DNA of 50,872 nucleotides from NCBI RefSeq assembly GCF_000281045.1, contig NW_008246077.1, forward strand, positions 781,264-832,135. Reading direction: 5' to 3'. The notes beneath the pieces were generated by a model. It saw only the letters and a list, made by a program, of their open reading frames with translations. It was not told the origin of the DNA and ran no database searches. The position numbers were made by a program, and so were the translations under genes. The stretch is from Saprolegnia diclina VS20. Taxonomy: Eukaryota. How positions within the stretch are numbered: position 1 is the first letter of the stretch; every line of letters begins with the position of its first letter. Positions 46,101-50,872 of the stretch are shown here, in pieces.

Positions 46101-49100
46101 GCGGGAGGCAGTAGCTCCTTGGTGGTGTGACCAAAGGCTTTCCAAACCGCGCTCTGGACGCGGCGCCGGTTGGCTTCGGACTGCAGTGTCGGGAGCAACC
46201 CGGTTTCGGCGACGACGCTGGCTTCTAACGAGGCGAGGTCGGCCAGTAGTGTGGCAAACGTTGGGGACATTAGACTAGGCAACGCGAGTTCGTCCATGAT
46301 GGCTGACGCAAGGCTCGTCTTGGGATGCACCATCGTATGCAGCTCCTTCGCCGCATTGGCCACACGGAGCTCGACGTCGGACAAGCTCGCGACAAAGTCG
46401 GCGCGGTCGGCCGCATTCTTTTGTAGCGTGTCGAGAAGGACGAGCTCCGCGTCGCAGTTGCTCGTCGGCGACTTGTCCTTATCTTGGCTCTTTTGCGCCA
46501 CGACCAACGACGCCAGAAGCATCTTGAGCTCGTCGGCTTCGTTCTGCGCGCATTGTGATGCCTCTGACAGATCGCCTATATCACGAGTAGTACCTGCAAC
46601 ATCTTCATCATCTTGGCAGCGCCCGTTTCCTGGTCATGAAAAGCCTTCTCGACCGAGTCGTGGTGGAATTGCAAGCGATCCACAAGCTCACGAATCCCCA
46701 AATCATCGTCGTCCCAGCTACATGCAACGATAAGTGTTTGGTGATGAACGCGAGATCCCAAACCGGTTGAGCTCAGGCACATAGTCGCCACTGGCTTGGA
46801 CGTCCGGCTTGGCTTCGAGGTCTTCGGGCAAAACGGCCCCGTCAGCCTCGTTGACAGCCTTGGCTGTTTTCTTGACGACCGAGCCTTTGGTGTGGAGGTT
46901 GTTGAGGTTAAAGCCGCGCGCCTTGTCCTTGTAGCCGCCCGCGCTCGAGTGTTTGGCGACCCACGACTTGCGTCGAAAGTAGTAGAGACCACCAATCATA
47001 CCTGCGACAACGCCAAAGAGCGCGCAGAGCAAACCCGCAATGAGGCCCCAGTTGGGCGCCATGATTATGTTGGAGCTAAAACAAGCGTTAACGTGAGTGT
47101 GTCCATCATGTATATGTAAACCTGGGCTTGGCGCTAAGGACAATCAAGTTGCCTTGGCTCATGGGCACGATCGGGCCATCGGTGGGGCACTTGACGCCCT
47201 ACAGAAACGAGAGGGCTATTACGATTGCGGTAGTGAGAAATAGGCGTACCGTCTCCATCACGGTCACGATCGTCAACGCCGCGCTGTTGTTGCTGAGTGC
47301 AAAGACATAGGTGCCGGCCGCCGTAAACGTATACGCAAACGCCGATACAGAAGACGCGTTGGAGGCCATCGCCTCTTGCAGCGACCGGAACGGTCCATAG
47401 TCGAAGCTCGGGTTGGTGTTCATGAGCGAGTCCTTCATGTACACGGGGTACGACGCGCCGCTGATCGAGAAGAGAACCGAGTCGCTCTTTTGGAGACAGA
47501 GCATCGGGTTGAGAATACCGTTCGACTCTGTCAATCGGCGCCGCCGCGAAGTCCCCGGCAGCGCATTGCTGTACATGCCGCTAAACGCATTTCCGCCCAC
47601 TTGCATGCTCAGCACTTGGCAACTCGTCGACGTATTGGTGTTGCAACTGAGACTCCCGGTAATCGCTCCTTGGTCGGCGGCTGGCACGGGCGTGTACACG
47701 TTGGTCGAGGGGTCGTAGTATTGCAGCGTGCTCGTCAGCGGGTTGAGCCGCAGCTGCGTCGTCGAGGTGCGACACGCGCTGTCGCACACCGAGTCGAGCG
47801 ATGGCGCGTTCGTGCACGTGCAAATGCCAGAGGTGGCGAGGAACGTGCCAGTGCCGCCGTTGCAGGCCGATGCGCACGACACACTTGACGGATCCACGCA
47901 GCTTCCCGACGCCGACCGGACCTGAGTGGATCCGCACCGAGGGTAGACCACCGGCTGGCAGTCGGCCTGTACAGGATATATAACCATGCAATTAACATCA
48001 AGAACCAACGGTGTCGTCGCTGTCGGAGCGCAAGATGCCATTCGAGTCGTAGTACTCGTAGCCTGGTTCACAGATGCAGTAGCCGTCAGATTTTTGAAAG
48101 GCGCGGTTCTGGCCGACGCACTGGCACTGCGCCGAGCCAAGGGCTGCATTGGAGCTACATACCCATCGTGATCATACTGTCCCATCGATCGAGAGAGATT
48201 ACCTCGTCGAGCACGGGTAGCACGTGGCCTGGCCCACCTGGTACTGGTACGTATTGGCCGCACATGGCGCGCACGACGTGTTCAAAGAGATGCCCAACGG
48301 CATCGGGTTGTACGTGCCGACGGGACACGGCTGCTCTTGGTACGTTCCATTGCCGCAGTAGTAGCCCTATTCTCGTGTAAAAAACGACACCGCATCGACG
48401 GGACGTACCGCAGGGCATAGATACCCATTGTCGATCGACGCGTTCCGGGGCGTGGGGGACGTACACCCTTCCGAGCAGACGTACCCTTCAGGGCACATGG
48501 TGCAGTTCGCGCCGTTGCCGTACGTTCCTTTGGGGCACAGCTGACACGCCTAATGCACGAATCGAGCCTTATCGTATGGGCGATGCGACGCACCTCGGCA
48601 AGGCTGCGGTAGAGCGACCCGTTCGGGCGCAGGAGTGAGAGAGACCCGAACGGACATGGAATTGGGCTGCTCGCTCGCGGCGGACAGTATGTCCCAAACG
48701 TGCACGCGGTTTGGTTGAAGGCGCCCATGGGGCAGTAGTAGCCCGCACTGCAAGGCACACCTGCTGTCGAGTTGAACGGACAGTAGTACCCCGGTGCACA
48801 GATCGTCATGTTGCCCGACCCGGACGGGCAGTAGAAGCCGGCTTCGCAAACGATCGGCGTGATGCTGCCCAACGGACACTCGTAGCCGGGAGGGCAGATG
48901 CGGCAACTGGCAACAGACGAGCCGCCCGTCGTCGGCAAGTACGTGCCGGCAGGACACGGGCTCGCGTCCGGCGCGCCGCGCAGACAGAACGAGCCGGCTG
49001 GGCAGTCGAACGCAGTGTCGTTGATGCTAGCGGTGCGGTTGCAATACCGACCGGCTTGGCATGGAATGCAATTTTCAACGGCGCTGGCGCCCGTGCTCGG

Positions 49101-50872
49101 ATTAAACGTGCCTTTGGGGCACGGCTGCGGCAGTTGCGCTTGCGGGCAATAGAACCCCACCTAAACACACCATGAAGAGACCATGGGCAAGTTCGATTCG
49201 CACTGGACAGTCGACTGTCACGGCGCCGTCCAAGCAACTCTTGCCGGCGGGGCACTCTGCACAGTCGTAGAGCTCGGTGCCAAAGGGCGAGAGGCGGGAC
49301 GAGTTGCCCGGACAAGGTAGCGGGTCGGTCGTATTTTCTAGCACCAAAGTCGATCATTATCGAGGTCGACGGCCCATGTCGTACGGGTGCAGTAGTAGCC
49401 AATGGGACACGCGCCGCCCGACCGCTGCTGCCACGGCAAGAGGCTTTGATTGTAGTTGAGCGGGTTGGGCTGGTAGTTGCCAAACTTGCAAAAGTAGCCA
49501 CTCGCGCAAGGCCCTGTGATGGCTCCGTCGGTGCAGTACATGCCCGCGGGACACGAACTGCACTGGGATGCGTACTCGAGCCCCATCTACCAACAAGAGT
49601 TAGTTGCTAGCATACTCAGCTTGCTGCACCTGGGCGCCATAGGTTCCGTTCGGACAGAGCACGGGGGGACCCACGGGACAGTAGTACCGCTGCGGACATG
49701 GGCTCGGGACCGACGTGTTGCCAGAGCAATAGCGCCCCAGCGGACACGCATCGCAGCTTCTTTGGCCAGCAATGGCCGCGTACGTGTGAAGCGGGCACGC
49801 TTGCTCGGTGCCGTTGACGCAGAACGAGCCAGGATTGCAGAGCCGCCCGGTAACGCCGTCGACGGGGTTGGCGACACTTGCTCCGCCCAAGCACACCTAC
49901 TTGCACTGTCAAGTCGATACCATCGCATTCGCCATACAAATCGATCGGAGCAGATGCCGCCCGTGCTGTCGACCGGCGTGCGCGTCCGTGCACCAAGAGT
50001 GCAATAGTACCCCGGTGCACACGGACCCGTCGGTGCCACTACATCCTGATGAGCCCCTTGAAGAATCGGCTGCGTACCTGTGGGCGGCAGGCCCGAGCAA
50101 TACTGGCCAGGGGGGCACGAGGCGCACTCGAGGGAACTCGCAAGCGACGAAACGTTGCTGAGAGTCCCCGGCAGACAAGGATACTGCTGGGCGAACGTCG
50201 TGTTCATTGGGCAATAGTACCCTGCCGGACACGGTACAGGAATGACCGTTCCTGTGTAGCAGTACGACCGCGCGGGACAGCCAAAGCATGCCGCCAAGCC
50301 CGTAATGTTGGCAAACGATCCCGCAGCACACGGAACAGGAGCTGTGAGGACGCCCCCCGGGCAGTAGTGGCCGACAGGACACGTTACCTGCACATTGTTT
50401 CCGGGGCAATAGACCGTGGGTGGGCATGGCACGGACGGCAAGATCGTGCCCGTGTTGGGGCACGAGTAGCCCGCCGAGCAGGGCAGACATTGTGTGACAT
50501 TGGCAAGTTGCTTGACGCTGGAGTATGTGCCCGACGGACAAGGAATCGGGTTGCTCGTGCCCGCGGGGCAGTACGTGCCAGGAGGACACTCGTTGCCAAT
50601 GATGCCATTTGCAACGACTTGGCCCGTCGGCGTCGGAGTGTACGAGCCCTAAAACACAGTGTCTAGTGCACACACACCACACAGATTCATACCTGAACAC
50701 AGTAAAAGCCAGGACTGCACGGACTCGCTTTTTGAAGATCTGACGAGGCGCAGTAGTGACCCGCCTCGCACGGCGTCGGGAGCGCTGTTGCGTTTGGACA
50801 GAACGTACCCACGGGGCACTGCCCCGCCCAGAGCTCTTCTTGGTCATTCGGTGACACGGCCGTCGCGCCCTT
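34160..50872 (-). CDS. Giant single-pass membrane protein: GCC2/GCC3 (ephrin-receptor-like) Cys repeats, beta-rich juxtamembrane domain, TM, very long helical/coiled-coil cytoplasmic region; 5' end outside window
   Basis: Many CPxG[YF]YC...CPxGT[YF] repeats at ~48200-50872; NPMLCL...YPVYMKDSLMNTNPSFDYGPFRSL...FAYTFTAAGTYVF at ~47250-47520; TM NWGLIAGLLCALFGVVAGMIGGLYYF followed by RRK at ~46970-47054. In-frame GT-AG junctions link ORF 44705-46522, the repeat exons, ORF 34928-38230 and the last exons to the stop at 34160. Confidence 0.78.
38329..44944 (-). repeat. Array of ~21 exons, each encoding one ~77-104 aa helical repeat
   Basis: Most exons start L/V/I-x-x-x-H-x-x-x-W and contain L.DD/E......L..RL..R. 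All 13 exons measured are multiples of 3 with phase-0 junctions. Confidence 0.85.

Noticed and set aside
1..50872. Transposons or prokaryotic-type systems
   Set aside because: No RT, integrase, transposase, LTR or TIR recognised; apparent ORF breaks are explained by short spliceosomal introns, except in the pseudogene.

Overview
Gene-dense, GC-rich eukaryotic DNA, most consistent with an oomycete (Saprolegniales-like). Support: many short (~40-55 nt) GT-AG introns, INR+FPR and CCAAT promoter elements, and a stramenopile-type UGPase-PGM fusion. By manual splicing I find 16 genes and one pseudogene. In order: CTL/PNS1 transporter (runs off the left edge), CUE-domain protein, RPL22, RPLP2, Rab28, UGPase-PGM, a coiled-coil protein with a stand-alone dynein microtubule-binding-like domain, two tandem cyclic-nucleotide-binding K+ channels, mitochondrial ferredoxin, DMC1, YME1/FtsH, TBC Rab-GAP, a frameshifted coiled-coil pseudogene, a PH protein, a RhoGEF, imidazolonepropionase, and a giant single-pass membrane protein gene (>16.7 kb, 5'-truncated). 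The giant gene is the most striking feature. It has a Cys-repeat ectodomain and a cytoplasmic rod built from ~21 phase-0 exons, one repeat per exon, including a three-exon unit repeated four times, and it ends in a degenerate zincin-like domain. Also notable are the free-standing dynein MTBD-like gene starting 63 bp head-to-head with a channel gene, and an apparent gene-conversion tract between the two channels. No CRISPR array, tRNA/rRNA or intact transposon was recognised. All exon boundaries and domain calls were made by eye, not by database search.
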